NCBI RefSeq assembly: GCF_009914755.1
Contig: NC_060938.1
DNA: 64,000 bases
Source: the human T2T-CHM13v2.0 reference genome, Homo sapiens
Reading direction: 5' to 3' (one strand)
Numbering within the stretch: the first letter of the stretch is position 1; each line of letters starts with the position of its first letter. Made by a program: the position numbers and the translations under genes. Positions 27,816 to 45,651 of this stretch are shown one piece after another. The notes under the pieces are model-generated. The model did no database searches, was not told the origin of the DNA, and saw only the letters and a list, made by a program, of their open reading frames with translations.

Positions 27816-28016
27816 AGCAATCCTCCCGCCTCAGCCCCCCAAGTAGCTGCAACTACAGGTATGTGCCACCATGCCTGGCTAACTTTTGTATTTTTTTGTA
27901 GAGACAGGGTATCACCATGTTGTTCAGGATGGTCTCAAACTCCTGGACTCAAGTGATCCACCTGCCTCAGCCTCCGAAAGTGCTAGGATTATAGGCATGA
28001 ACCACTGCATCTGGCC
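27816..28016 (-). mobile_element. Alu (J-like), 3' part deleted
   Basis: Antisense left arm plus part of the right arm; no poly(T) tract. Confidence 0.85.
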
Positions 28017-31000
28017 TCTGTGGTTACATTTTTCTAGTGATTACTAAAACAAATACATCACTATTAAAATTAAAAATTTTCATTCATGTACCACCTGAAA
28101 TCACCCCAGTGGTACACATACTACAATTTGGAAAATACCCTATTGTGTAAATAAAGACCACAGACTCAAAATTTTAAGTAAGGCTCTGTTGTTCACTAAA
28201 GTTGCAGGGAGGAGGAAGAAAGCACACCCACACAGCAGTGTCTCAATAACAAATATTCTTTTATATATCTTTTTTTCCATAAGTTATTGGGGTACAGGTG
28301 ATATTTGGTTACATGAGTAAGTTCTTTATTGGTGATCTGTGAGATTTTGGTGCACTCATCACCTGAGCAGTATACACCACACCCTATTTGTAGTCTTTTA
28401 TCTCTCACCCCACTCCCACACTTCCCCCAAAATCCCCGAAGTCCATTGTGTCATTCTTATGCCTTTGCGTCCTCATAGCTTAGCTCTCACATATCAGTGA
28501 GAACATACGATGTTTGGTTTTCCATTCTTGAACTAGTTCCCTTAGAATAATAGTCTCCAATCTTATCCAGGTCACTGCAAATGCCGTCAATTCATTCCTT
28601 TTTATGGCTGAATAGTATTCCGTTGTATAAATATACCACAGTTTCTTTATCCACTCATTGATTGATGGGCATTTGGGTTGGTTCCACGATTTTGCAACTG
28701 CAAATTGTGCTGCTATAAATATGCATGTGCAAGTATCTTTTTAATATAATGACTTATTTTCTTCTGGGTAGATACCCAGTAGTGGGACTGCTGGATCAAA
28801 TGGTAGTTCTACTTTTAGCTCTTTAAGGAATGTCCACACTGTTTTCCCTAGCGGTTGCACTAGTTTACATTCCCACCAGCAGTGCAGAAGTGTTCCCTGT
28901 TCACCACATCCACACCAACATCTACTGTTTTTTTGATTTTTTGATTATGGCCATTCTTGCAGGAGTAAGGTGGTATCGCATTGTGGTTTTGATTTGCATT
29001 TCCCTAATCATTAGTGATGTTCAGTATTTTTTCATACGTTTGTTGGCCATTTGTGTATTTTTTTTTTTTTTTTTGAGAATTGTCTATTCAGGTTCTTAGC
29101 CTACTTTTTGATGGGAGTGTTTGTTTTTTCCTTACTGATTTGTTTGAGTTCTTTGCAGATTCTGGGTGTTAGTCCTTTGTCAGACGTAGCAACTGTGAAG
29201 ATTTTCTCCCACTCTGTGGGTTGTCTGTTTACTCTGCTGACTGTTCCTTTTGCCATGCAAAAGCTCTTTAGTTAAATTAAGTCCCAACTATTTATCTTTG
29301 TTTTTATTGCATTTGCTTTTAGCTCTTGGCCATGAAATCCTTGCCTAAGCCAATGTCTAGAAGGGTTTTTTCAATGTTATCTTCTAGAAATTTTTAAAGT
29401 TTCAAGTCTTAGATTTAAGTCCTAATCCACCTTGAGTTGATTTTTTTGTAAGATGAGATGAGGATCCAGTTTCACTCTTCTACATGTGGCTGGCCAATTA
29501 TCCCAGCACCATTTGTTGAAAAGGGTATCTTTTCCCCACTTTATGTTTTTGTTTGCTTTGTCGAAGATCAGTTGGCTGTAAATATTTGAGTATATTTCTG
29601 GGTTCTCTATTCTGTTCCATTGATCTATGTGCCTATTTTTCTACCAGTACCATGCTGTTTTGGTGACTATGGCCTTATAGTATAGTTTGAAATCAGGTAG
29701 TGTGATGCCCCCAGATTTGTTCTTTATGCTTAGTCTTGCTTTGGCTATGCAGAGTCTTTTTTGGTTCCATATGAATTTTAGAATTGTTTTTTCTAATTCT
29801 GTGAAGAATGATAGTGGTATTTTGATGTGGATTGTGTTGAATTTACAGATTGCTTTTGGCAGTATGGTTATTTTCACAATATTGATTCTGCCCATTATGA
29901 GCATAGGATGTGTTTCCATTTATTTGTGTCTTCTATGATTTCTTTCAGCAGTGTTTTGTAGTTTTCCTTGTAGAAGTTTTTCACCTCCCTGGTTAGGTAT
30001 ATCCCTGAGTATTTTTTTTTTTTTTTTTGGCAGCTGTTGTAAAAGGGGTTGAGTTCTTGATTTGATTCTCCGCTTGGTTGCTGTTCGTCTATAGATGAGC
30101 TACTGATTTATGTACATTAATCTTGTATCTGGAAACTTTGCTGAATTATTTTACCAGTTCTAGGAGCTTTCTGGAGGACTCTTTAGGGTTTTCAAGGTAA
30201 ACGATCATATCATCAACAAAAAGTGACAGTTTGACTTCCTCTTTACCAATTTGGATGTCCTTCATTTCTTTCTCGTCTGATTGCTCTGGCTAGAACTTCC
30301 AGTACTCTGTTGAAGAATAGTGGTGAGAATGGGCATCCTTGTCTTTTTCCAGTTCTCAGAGGGAATGCTTTCAACTTTTCCCCATTCAGTATTATGCTGA
30401 CTGTGGGTTTGTCATAGATGGCTTTTATTACATTGAGGTATGTCCCTTGTATGCCAATTTTGCTGAGTTTTAATCATAAAGTCTTGCTGGATTTTGTCCA
30501 GTGCTTTTTCTGCATCTATTAAGATGATCGTGTGATTTTTGTTTTTAATACTGTTTATGTGGTGTATAACATTTATTGACTTGTGTATGTTAAAACATCC
30601 CTGCATCCCTGCTATGAAACCCACTTGATCACGTTGGATTATCTTTTTGAAATGTTGTTGGATTCAGTTAGCTAGTATTTTGTTAAGGATTTTAGCATCT
30701 ACGTTCATCAAGGATATAGGTCTGTAGTTTTCTTTTTTGGTTATGTCCTTTCCTGGTTTTGGTATTAGGGTGATGCTGGCCTCATAGAATGAATTAGGGA
30801 GGGTTTCCTCTTTCTCTATCTGTGGAATAGTGTCAAAAGGATTGGTACCAATTCTTATTTGAATGTCTGGTAGAATTCTGCCGTGAATACATCTGGTCCT
30901 GGACTTTTTTTGTTGGTAATTTTTTAATTACCATTTCAACCTTGCTGCTTGTTATTGGTTTGTTCAGGATATTTAATTCTTCCTGATTTAAGCTAAGAAG

Positions 31001-32090
31001 GTTGTATTCCTCCAGGAATGTATCCATCTCTTCTAGGTTTTCTAGTTTATGTGCATAAAAGTGTTCATAGTTGCCTTGAATGATCTTTTGTCTTTCAGTG
31101 GTGTCAATTTTAATATCTCCTGTTTCATTTCTTAATGAGGTTATTTGGATTTTTCTCTCTTCTTTTCTTGGTTAATCTTGCTAATGGTCTATCAGTTGTA
31201 TTTATCTTTTCAAATAACCAGCTTTTTGTTTATCTTTTTTATTTTTTTGTTTCAATTTCATTTAGTTCTGCTTTGATCTTGGCTATTTCCCTTCTTCTGC
31301 TGGGTTTGGGTTTGGTTTGTTCTTGATTCTCTAGTTCCTTGAGGTGTTACCTTAGAATGCCAGTTTGTGCTCTTTCAGTCTTTTTTATGTAGGCATTTAG
31401 GGCTATAAACTTTCCTGTTAGCACTCCCTTTGCTATATACCAGAGGTTTTGTATAGGTTGTGCCGTTATTGTCGTTCAGTTTGAAGAATTTTTTAATTTC
31501 CATCTTGATTTCATTTTTGACCCAATGCTCATTCAGGAGCACATTATTTAATTTCCATGTATTTGCATGGTTTTGAAGGTTCCTTTTGGAGTTGATTTCC
31601 AGTTTTATTCCACTGTGGTCTGAGAGAGTGTTTGATATAAATTCAATTTTCTTCTATTTATTGAGGCTTGTTTTATGGCGTATCATATATGGTCTATCTT
31701 GGAGAAAGTTCCATGCACTGTTGAATAGAATATGTATTCTGTGGTTGTTGGATGAAATGTTTTGTATATATCTGTTAAGCCCATTTGTTCCAAGGTATAG
31801 TTTAAATCCATTATTCCTTTGTTGACTTTCTGTCTTGATGACCTCTCTAGTGCTGTCAGTGGAGTACTGAAGTCCCCCACTATTATTGTATTGCTGTCTA
31901 TCTCATTTCTTAGGTCAATTAGTAATTGTTTTATAAATTTGGGAGCTCCAGCATTGGTGCATATATGTTTATGATTGTGATATTTTCCTGTTGGACAAGG
32001 CCTTTTACCATTATATAGTGTCCCTCTTTGTCTCTTTGAACTACTGTTACTTTAAAGTTTGTTTTGTCTGATATAAGAATAGCTACCCCT

Positions 32091-32384
<294 letters not shown>

Positions 32385-32692
32385 AAGAATAGCTACTCCT
32401 CTCACTTTTGGTGTCCATTTGCATAATTTTTCCTTTTTCCACCCCTTTAAGTTTATGTGAGTCCTTATGTGTTATGTGAGTCTCCTGAAGGCAGCCAACA
32501 GTTGGTTGGTGAGTTCTTATCCATTCTGCAGTTCTGTATCTTTTAAGTGGAGCATTTAGGCCATTTACTTTCAATATTGGTATTGAGATGTGAGGTACCC
32601 TTGCATTCATCATGCTATTTGTTGCCTGTGTACCTTGGATTTTTTGTTTTTGCTTTTTAACTTGTATTTTTGTTTTATAGGTCTTGTGTGAT

Positions 32693-33199
32693 TTATGCTT
32701 TAAAGAGGTTCTGTTTTGATGTGTTTCCAGGATTTGTTTCAAGATTTAGAGCTCCTTTTAGCAGTTCTTTTAGTGGTGGCTTGGTAGTGGCAAATTTTCT
32801 CAGCATTTGTTTGTCTGAGAAAGACTGTATCTTTCCTTCATATATGATGCTTAGTTTCACTGGATACAAAATTCTTAGCTGATAATTGTTTTGTTTGAGG
32901 AAGCTGAAGATAGGGCCCCTGTCCCTTCTAGCTTGCAGGGTTTCTGCTGAGAAATCTGCTATTAATCTGATAAGTTTGTTTTTTTTTTTTTTACAGGTTA
33001 CCCAGCGCTTCTGTCTCACAGGTCTTAAAATTCTTTCCTTTGTCTTAATTTTAGATAACCCAATGATAATGTGCCTAGGTGATGATCTTTTTGTGATGAA
33101 TTTCCCAGGTGTTCTTTGTGCTTCTTGTATTTGGAGGTCTGGGTCTCTAGCAAGGCTGGGGAAGTCTTCTTCAATTATACCCCCAAATATGTTTTCCAA
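32693..33199 (-). pseudogene. L1 ORF1p C-terminal remnant (RRM/CTD) of the L1PB
   Basis: ENIFGGIIEEDFPSLAR...IQEAQRTP...ADFSAETLQARRD...RILYPVKLS are typical L1 ORF1p motifs. Confidence 0.85.
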
Positions 33200-34904
33200 A
33201 CTTTTAGATTTGTCTTCTTCCTCAGGAACACTGATTATTCTTAGGTTTGGTGATTTAACATAATCCCAGACTTCTTGGAGGCTTTGTTCATATTTTCTTA
33301 TTCTTTTGTTTGTCTTTGCTGGATTGGATTAATTCAAAGACCTTGTCTTCAAGCTCTGAATTTCTTTCTTCTACTTGTTCAATTCTATTGCCGAGACTTT
33401 CCAGAGCATTTTGCATTTCTATAAGTGTGTCCAATGTTTCCTGAATTTTTTATAACTTCTTCTTTATGCTATCTATTTCCTTGAATATTTCTTCCTTCAC
33501 TTCTTGTGTCTTTTCTTTTTTATTTCCTTACATTGGGCTTCACCTTTCTCTGGTGCTTCCCTGATTAGCTTAGTAACTAACTTCCTGAATTCTTTTTCAG
33601 GTAAATCAGGGATTTATTGGTTTGGATCCATTGCTGATAAACTAGTGTGATTTTTTGGTGGTGTTAAAGAGCCTTGTTTTGTCATATTACCAGAGTTGGT
33701 TTTATGGTGCCTTCTCATTTGGGTAGGCTCTGTCAGAGGGAAGGTCTAGGGCTGAAGGCTGTTGTTCAGATTCTTTTGTCCCACCGGGTGTTCCCTTGAT
33801 GTAGTACTCTCCCCCTTTTCCTATGGATGTGGCTTCCTGTGAGCCAAACTGCAGTGATTATTGTCTCTCTTCTGGGTCTAGCCACCCAGCAAGTCTACCC
33901 AGCTCCAAGCTGGTACTGGGGGCTGTCTGCACAGAGTCCTGTGATGTGAACCATCTATGGGTCTCTCAGCCATGGATACCAGCACAGTATTTGGGGTGTC
34001 TCCTGGGTCCTGCAGGAGCAGTCTGCTTCCTTCAGAGGGTCTGTGGGTCCTCTCAGGATACTCTTTTATATATTTTCATGTGGAACAAATATGAAGAACT
34101 AGATTGGTGACTTGAGTAAGCCATATCAGGAGTCTTTTCCAAGAACTGCTTTTGTTAGCAATGAAGTGCCTCCTGGATTGAGGGATCCTGTGCAGAGAGG
34201 TCTCTTGTGACCAAAAGAACTGGGTACTTCTAGCAGGAGTGGGAAGTGGAATCTTCCTCAAATCACAGCTTGGAATTTTGTCACAGCATTACTATCCAAC
34301 ATCTCTGTATTTTCCCTTCCTCTGTCTTGCCAAAGACCTTGCCCCTACCTAAAGGAGAGGAAGTGGGACAGGAAAGAAAAGAAAAGGGGTAAGAAAGTCC
34401 CATCCTACCATGTCTGAATTGCATGGTCTTAGTCAGTCCCCATGACTTGCTGCTTCTTGCTTTGCAGAACAGAAAAAGCGGCCAACACACAGTATCATGG
34501 CCGTGCCATGGTATAAGACAGAATTCAGATAAAACCCAGTGGCAGCCTTTGTGGTGGACTTACCCACCTCCTCTCTGATGACTGACAGGGCACAGAAAGC
34601 AAGTGACTGATCTGGGTAGGAATGACAAACTGGGATGCTCCACCAAATCAGCAAAATAACACGTTGCCACCCAATGCTTCTGGCTGCAACATCCAGATCT
34701 GCCATCTCTCTCTTGTCTCACAATCATGTGTCTTTTGTATTTCAAAAGGACTGGCTAGACTTAAAGTGAATTTTTTACATATTAAGTATGTAAAGTCACC
34801 TCAAACTTTTGTGATTTTTTAATGATTATAAATGTAGTAGAAGGTTAATATAGAAATATTTTTTAATCTTTTTACTTTATATTTTCAAAATCTGAAAAGT
34901 ATAA

Positions 34905-35246
<342 letters not shown>

Positions 35247-35312
35247 CATTTTAATATTCTTCTCTCTAGTTTTTTTCTGTACATTTTCACAACCTTAAAA
35301 GATACTGGATTT

Positions 35313-38060
<2,748 letters not shown>

Positions 38061-38598
38061 TATATATATATATATATTTCTTGTAAAAATATTTAATTTT
38101 CTGTTTTATGAAAGTATGATGTGTTCATGAGAGAGATAAAAATAACCACTCATGATCCCACCTCCAGGAGACAATGATCATTAATATTTTTATTAGTTTA
38201 AGTATAGTATTTATTATCCTGACTCATTTACCTTTCTACATAGCATTAAAATTTCTGTAAACATCATTTAGTTAGGGGAGAGGAGGTCACAATTAACATT
38301 TTTAAAAGTTAGGCTTATTAAAATATAATTTATATATAGTAAAATTCACCCTTTTTAGGTGGGCAGGATGATGAGCTTTGACAAATATATAGAGTTGAGT
38401 GACCACCACCCAAATCAAGATGTATGTCATCAATACATGTTAACCTCTCCCTGTAAAAACAATCACTCTCTGAAAACCTATCCACCTGAAATTGTCCTCT
38501 GTATGCGATAGGAGCTCAATAATGGCAGGATAAATTTATAAATGATAGACAGGGAGACGGACATAGCTAGTGTCAGTATGCGGATATGAGACGTTTAA

Positions 38599-39248
38599 TG
38601 TTAGAGTAGGTAGATAGGCAGATATGAGCAGGGCAGGATAGGGCCCCAAAGAATGTCAGGTGACTGTCAGGCAATTATCAGGCAGCTGGCAACAGGGAGA
38701 GGGAAATTTCCTAACAGGACATATCTTGAGCTTACAAGCAAGAACTTCCTAATAAGAACTACAAATAGTAGAGTTTGACTTTCCTCTGGGGACATGTCCA
38801 GGCATGCACAGAAAGGGGCAAAGTGGCAGAGTTTGACCTGGATATGACCTTCCTCCGGGAACACTAGACCTGTAAGGCAAAACTGCCCTAAGAGAGCATG
38901 TGCATAACTTCAGCCACCAAATGGCATATGTGGCCCCACCCAGATAATGGCAAAACACTGTGTAGGCACTGATTAGCCAACAGCCTGCCCAGAGGGAGGG
39001 ATGAAAGGAAAAGACTAGGGGAAAAAAAAAAACAGAAAATAGTAAATCTATAGAGCCCTGAACCAACCATCAGGCAAGGCACTTAATCTTTCCAGTTGCC
39101 TACTTGGTTCCTTCCAAGTGTACTTTTCTTTGCTTCAATAAACTCTCCTTTCTGCCTTAAATCTACTCTGTCTCTTGGCCGAATTCTTTTTCCCAAGAAG
39201 ACAAGGATCAAGCACTGTGGAGCCTGCCCAGACTTGCCGCCAGTAACA
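38599..39248 (+). mobile_element. MER50-family ERV1 solo LTR
   Basis: TGTTAGAGTAGGTAGATAGGCAGA start, AATAAA near 39137, ...GTAACA end; TSD TTAA/TTAC. Confidence 0.8.
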
Positions 39249-39631
39249 TTACGAAGCCAGCCTGACTGGATGTGAATTCTTTTTCTCCACTTATTGTGTG
39301 AATTTGGAAAATTAAAACTTCCTTAGTGGCAATTTCCTCATGTATAAAATGAGGAAAATAAAAACTACTTGAGAGAGGTATCCTGAGTATAATAAAGTAA
39401 CACATGCAAAGGGCTTAGAATACAACCTTGCACAAAGTAAACAACTGATCAATGGTAGTTATTATCATTTTTACAATAACAATAATAATAAGCAAAATAT
39501 TCGATATTCTTGCATCTTGGAAAGAGTCAGGCCAACCTGGGTTTGATTTCTGGCTTTTCCTTCAAGTAGTTGATAGGTCTTTTGCTATGTAACCTGGCTT
39601 GAGAAATAGGTTGAGGGTTAAATGAGATATA

Positions 39632-40560
39632 TTCATTCATTCATTCAATAGACAATTATTGGGTACCTACCGTGTGCCAGGCTCTGTTCTAGACACTGAG
39701 GATATAGAAGTGGACAAAACAAAGTTTCACTCCTAATAGAGATTATACTATAGTGAGGAAACAGGTAATAAACAAATAGATATATGATAAACTCTCACAC
39801 ACTGATAAGTGAAGAGAAAAAAGGCAGAGAAAAAAGAGTGTGTTGTTTTTGATATGGTGATATATAAGCATCGCCCTTAAGGAAATGAGGGAGGGTGCCA
39901 TGCACGTTTCTGGGAAGAGCATTCTGGATGCAAGGAATAGCAGGGCAAAGGCCCAGGTGAAATGAGCCTGTCATGTCAAAGGAGAAGTACCTGAAGTAAA
40001 GTGCTGGAGAAAGGGAAGTTAAAAGAGGTGAAAGAGGCCACACGCAGTGGCTCATGCCTGTAATCCTAGCACTTCGGGAGGCTGAGGTGGGCAAACTGCT
40101 TAAACTCAGGAGTTTGAAACCAGCCTGGGCAGCATGGCAAAACCCCATCTCTACAAAAAATACAAAAAGTAGCCATGCATGGTGATGCATCCCCATAGTC
40201 CCAGCTACGTATGTGACTGAGGTGGGAGGATCGCTTGAGCCTGGGAGGTCAAAGCTGTACTGAAGTGAGCCATGTTCATGCCACTGCACTCCAGCCTGGG
40301 TGACAAAGCGAGACCCTGTCTCCAAAAAAAAAGGAAAGATCAGAGAAACACCAGGGGCCAAATCACTTAAGCCTGGGAATTCTAAGAGGGATAGGAAGCC
40401 ACTGGAGGGTTTTAAGCAGGAGCTTGTGTTGATCAATTTGCATTTTAAAAGGATTACTCAGGTAACTGTTTAGCAAATAGTCTATAGGAAGATACAGTAG
40501 GCTGGTAGGCAGCCAGAATTGACTGGCCCTGTTTGAGAGATGCTATGATATGGTAACAGG
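39632..40560 (-). mobile_element. L2 3' region interrupted by AluJ
   Basis: (TTCA)n tail followed by 'tgtgccaggctctgttctag' and 'ggaagccactggagggttttaagcagg'. Confidence 0.7.
40036..40332 (+). mobile_element. AluJ
   Basis: J-type right arm 'ggtgggaggatcgcttgagcctgggaggtc'. Confidence 0.9.
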
Positions 40561-40657
40561 TCAGATCAGGTGGCAGAATCCAAACAACTCAAAAATATCT
40601 ATGACCTGTTGGGATAAATTATGTCCCCCCCCCAAAAAAAGATATATTGAAAGCCTT

Positions 40658-40980
<323 letters not shown>

Positions 40981-40981
40981 C

Positions 40982-41333
40982 TATATTAGTCCATTTTCAA
41001 GCTGCTGATAAAGACATACCTGAGACTGGGAAATTCACAAAAGCAAGAGGTTTATTGGACTTACACTTTCATGTGGCTGGAGAGACCTCACAATCATGGC
41101 GGAAGGTGAAAGGCACATCTCATATGGCAGCAGACAAGAGAAGAGAGCTTGTGTAGGAAAACTCCCCTTATAATAACCATCAGAACGCATGAGACTTACT
41201 ATCATGAGAACAGCATGGGAAAGACCTGCCCCCATGATTCAATCATCTCCCACTGGGTCCCTCCCACAACACATGGGAATTATGGGAGTTATAAGATGAG
41301 ATTTGGGTGGGGGCACACAGCCAAACCATATCG
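40982..41333 (-). mobile_element. THE1B-like solo LTR
   Basis: Antisense THE1; 5-bp TSD GTGAC at 40977-40981 and 41334-41338. Confidence 0.9.
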
Positions 41334-43049
41334 GTGACATTATTTGGAAATGGGATCCTTATAATTAGTTAAGATGAGGTCATACTGGATTAGGGTGGGC
41401 CCCTAATCCAACACAGCTGATGTCTTCATAAGAAGACAGCCATGTAAAGACAGAGACACAGTGAGAACACCATGTGAAGACAGAGGAAGAGATTAGAGTT
41501 ATGCTGTCACAAGCCAAGGAACACCAAGGATCTATGGCCACCACCAGGAGCCAAGAAGAGGCAACCAAGTATCACCCCCACAGGACTTGGAGGAGGCACA
41601 ACCCTACCAGCACCTTGATTTTGGACTTCTAGCCTCCTAAAGTGAGAGAATAAATTTATGTGGTTTAAGGCCTCTCTGTTTGTAGTACTCTGTTATAGCA
41701 GCCCAAAGAAACCAATACAGTACCTATAAATGGTCCTTCTTCTCCACCCACTGCCTGCAAGTTTGGAGGATGCTGGAGTCAACCAACAAACCCCGTCCTT
41801 CAGCACTAACACAGCCTCATACTCATAAAGATGATTAGGGAACACTGATGGCTATGACAATGGTGATTTATTTTTCCTTTGTCGTTTCCAGTACACAAAA
41901 GGCAAATCTGTGCTGAAGACACCAGAAATCTTTCCAATTAATGCTAATGGGTGACCAGCTCTGTTTCACTCCTTGGGAAACAAGGCCACTAAGAGGAAGT
42001 TATCAGTAAGAAATTTATGTTTTAGTAGCATGTTTAATTATGATACAACCATGACTGTCTCTTGCACCAGAATTTAGCATGCAAGATTTACAGCTCTTAG
42101 CACAATTTTTGCCTTTGTTGTCTCAAAGAGCCTTGTTTCTGATGTTTTATTAGACTAGCAACCTCTGTTCAATTGTGTCATACTGCCCCCTACTGCTTTG
42201 ATCTTATCATCTCATGCTGGCTGCTATTATTTTGAGTTGGTTTTCAGGATGTGTGGTCTTTTTTTGCCAGGGTCTGAACACCTGCCCACTCTCACACCCC
42301 GAAGAACACAAAACATTGGGATGGTGGAGAAGGGAGTGGGAATCTCATTTTTTTCTTTTAATACAACCATTGAACAACCACAAATACATCTATATAGTTC
42401 TAAAGCACACCATCTGACTTGTTTAAGCTTACAAGAGATACTAAGTTTCTAGAATAAGAGCACATCAGATTCTTTATTTCTTGAAGGTGGAGAACATCTT
42501 CAAGAGATATCCTCACTTTTCATGAGATGAAATTTTTTTAAGGGAAGCTGATGAAATTTTAACTAATCCAACCAGCCAGAGGAAAGCCATATTACAAAAG
42601 GGGCCTCAGAGGAAAGTGGGATTTCTTTTCTGCTTCAAAGGCATAGATGGCAATGCTATGAAAAAGCGGCCTGCAGGCGAGGGTCAGAGCGCACCCCACA
42701 CCCACACAGCCACCAGCCACCCTGAGATGGTGTGTGTACCAGCCATCCCAGCCCCAGCCCCACCCCTAGCCCCCTCTGCCGTTCCTCCTTTGCCTGTGTT
42801 CTCTTCCAAAGGTGATAGGTCAGCCCTCAGCCAGGAAGAAAAGTGGCTGAGGGTCAGGAAAAGGGTATAGGGTTACATAGGATTACATTAGTAAGGAACC
42901 TAGAAATGAGCCATTTGGGCTTCGTAACACAAATTGGTTCTCAAGGTATTCGGCGGGCGGTGGGTGGGAGGTCCTCTCAACCAAAAAATCTCAGAACCAA
43001 TTCCTCCGACTCTGCTAGTGGATTTAGCTTTTGTTTTTGTTTTAATTTA

Positions 43050-43187
43050 GGCTGGGTGCAGTGGCTCACGCTTGTAATCCCAGCACTTTTGGGAGGCTGA
43101 GGCAGGAGGACTGCTTCAGCCCAGGAGTTCAAAACCAGCCTGGGCAATACAGTGAGACCCTGTCTCTATTAAAAAAAAAAAAAAAAA
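43050..43187 (+). mobile_element. FLAM_C-like left Alu monomer
   Basis: Single left arm followed directly by poly(A). Confidence 0.85.
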
Positions 43188-44223
43188 TTTTAAACAAAAC
43201 CACCTGGCCTCATAGCAGGGCAGCTTCCCTAATTCCTGATGTTGCCTGTTTCCGACCCGCAGAACTCCAATGGCCCATGGCTTGCGCTGCTCTTACCCGG
43301 CCTTCCCATGGATGACTACTTAACTGGATCATCTGAGCTTTGCTTCCATGCGACCACACATATTCTCCTGCCACAGATTTGGTACACTTTGGCATACACT
43401 GTAGGCCTGTGACCAGCTCTCAGTCTGGTTTCCTGTGACGCTTGTCACCACTGGAGCTTTGTTCAGATCCCTGAGCCACATGCACACACCTTTATTCTCT
43501 GTGCAACTGCCTTGTGTCCTGCCCTGTCTGGGCCGGCAGCCTCCAGCGGGGCTTGCGGGGCAGGGGAGGATTCTTTTACTCTGCCTGCACCATTTACTCC
43601 TCGGCTTGTGCTTGGAGAAGTGCTCTCTCCCAGGGATCACAAAGGAGAGCAGGCATGGGGGAGGGGGTGGAGAATGCCGCAAGAGAACATTTACCCTTCC
43701 TGCACTGTGCCAGACAAACGTAGAACCTATTCCATAAAAGATTTTTTATGTTGCATGGTCCAAGAGAATAGCCCAGCTGCTATCTTTGGCTCTCCTCCAT
43801 TTCTCACTCCCATTCATAAAATCTTTAGAGAAGGCCATGTGCTGCTTTCTCACAGAGAGGATCAAGTTGTGCTCCAACCCAGAATATAGTTTCATTTGGA
43901 TGCAGGTGGCTATAAGGGCCCTGAACAGTCTGTCTTTCTAACTACTCTGTCTGTCTACTCTAATTCTTCCTACCTAATTATCCCCCATCATGAATCAATA
44001 AATCATATGCCGAGCCTCTCTAAAGACCCAACACCATGAAGAAGCTGAGGGACCACAGAGTTTACCAAACCTCTGGTATTCATGGATTTAGCATTCACAG
44101 TGGTACCAAAGACCCATGACCTATAGCAATTTGTCTTTTGCTGAGACTCAAATTTGAATGTTGAACACCATAACACCAGTGTTTGGGAGACAATCACTTG
44201 GTGAGTGAGCCTAGTTGGCCTAG

Positions 44224-44551
<328 letters not shown>

Positions 44552-44569
44552 TAATTATTTTTTTCAATT

Positions 44570-44930
44570 TGCCATATGCCAGGTACTATACTAATTATTG
44601 CCTCTATGTTATCTCACTTAGCCATGATTATAGCAACCTCATTCCCATTTTATAGGTGAGAAAACTGAGATTCAGAGGTTAAGAAATTTGCTCAAGATCA
44701 TACACCTAGTCAACGTGATTGAGCAAGACCATAGAGCTAGTGTGATTAAAATCACATAGCTGTTATAGTTAGTGTGATTAAGATCACATAGCTACTTGGT
44801 GTGATTTGAGCAAGATCACAGAGCTAGTTACAGTGATTAAGCGATCACAGAGCTAGTATGATTGGGGCTAGCTGAGCAGGAATTTGGTCCCAGCTCTGTC
44901 TTACTCCAAAGGTCAAGCAGTTAACCATCT
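44570..44930 (-). mobile_element. MIR with an internal tandem array
   Basis: Core 'cccattttataggtgagaaaactgagattcagagg' continues after the array with 'ggaatttggtcccagctctgtcttactccaaag'. Confidence 0.75.
44693..44872. repeat. Degenerate minisatellite, ~6-7 units of 25-32 bp (GTGATT..AAGATCACA.AGCTAGT)
   Basis: Repeated units read directly from the sequence. Confidence 0.85.
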
Positions 44931-45340
44931 CAATTCTCCCTCCTATGTCATTCTCTCCTCACTTCAGGGCACACAGCAGTGGTCATAAAGCCATCAGAAT
45001 GTTGTTACCACATGGAAAATGGCACTAAGTGCTAGAGATACTTTTAGTGAATGTTGAAAGAGCTGTTTGTGGTATGAGAACGCACAAAGATTACACTTGG
45101 CTCTGAATGGAATACACGTTGGAAAAGGTGAAGAGCCTGAACAAAAACAACTCCACTTTTACAAATCAGAGAATTCTGAAAGATCCGGGATGTCAAGGTT
45201 GTTAGACACACAGAAAGAAACAGGGGTCTATATGCAGCTATATATGAATATCAATATAGATATATAGATAAGGCATATTTGTCCTGCTCTCAAGAGTCTC
45301 ACACCATTAGCTCACCATGAAAAAGAACAATTCTGCAGTA

Positions 45341-45651
45341 GGCTGGGCACAGTGGCCCACACCTGTAATCTTAGCACTTTGGGAGGTCAAGCCAGGTGAA
45401 TCAATTCAGGTCAGGAGTTTGAGACCAGCCTGGCCAACATGGCGAAACGCTGTCTCTACTAAAAATACAAAAATTAGCTGGGCTTCATGGCATGCACCCG
45501 TAGTCCCAGCTACCTGGATGGCTGGGGCAGAAAGATGGCTTGAACCTGGGAGGTCGAGGTTGTGGAGGTTGTGGTGAGCCGAGATGGTGCCACTGCACTC
45601 CAGCCTGGGTGACAAAGTGAGACCCTATCTTAAAAAAAAAAAAAAAAAAAA
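45341..45651 (+). mobile_element. Alu (Sz/J-like)
   Basis: Full dimer with a small GAGGTTGT duplication; TCTGCAGT on both flanks. Confidence 0.9.

Noticed and set aside
39795-40436. 213-aa minus-strand ORF
   Set aside because: Antisense Alu translation flanked by L2 sequence; typical spurious Alu ORF.
44693-44872. CRISPR-like appearance (palindromic repeats with variable spacers)
   Set aside because: Primate DNA, degenerate units, spacers only 0-10 bp, no cas genes; derived from MIR.
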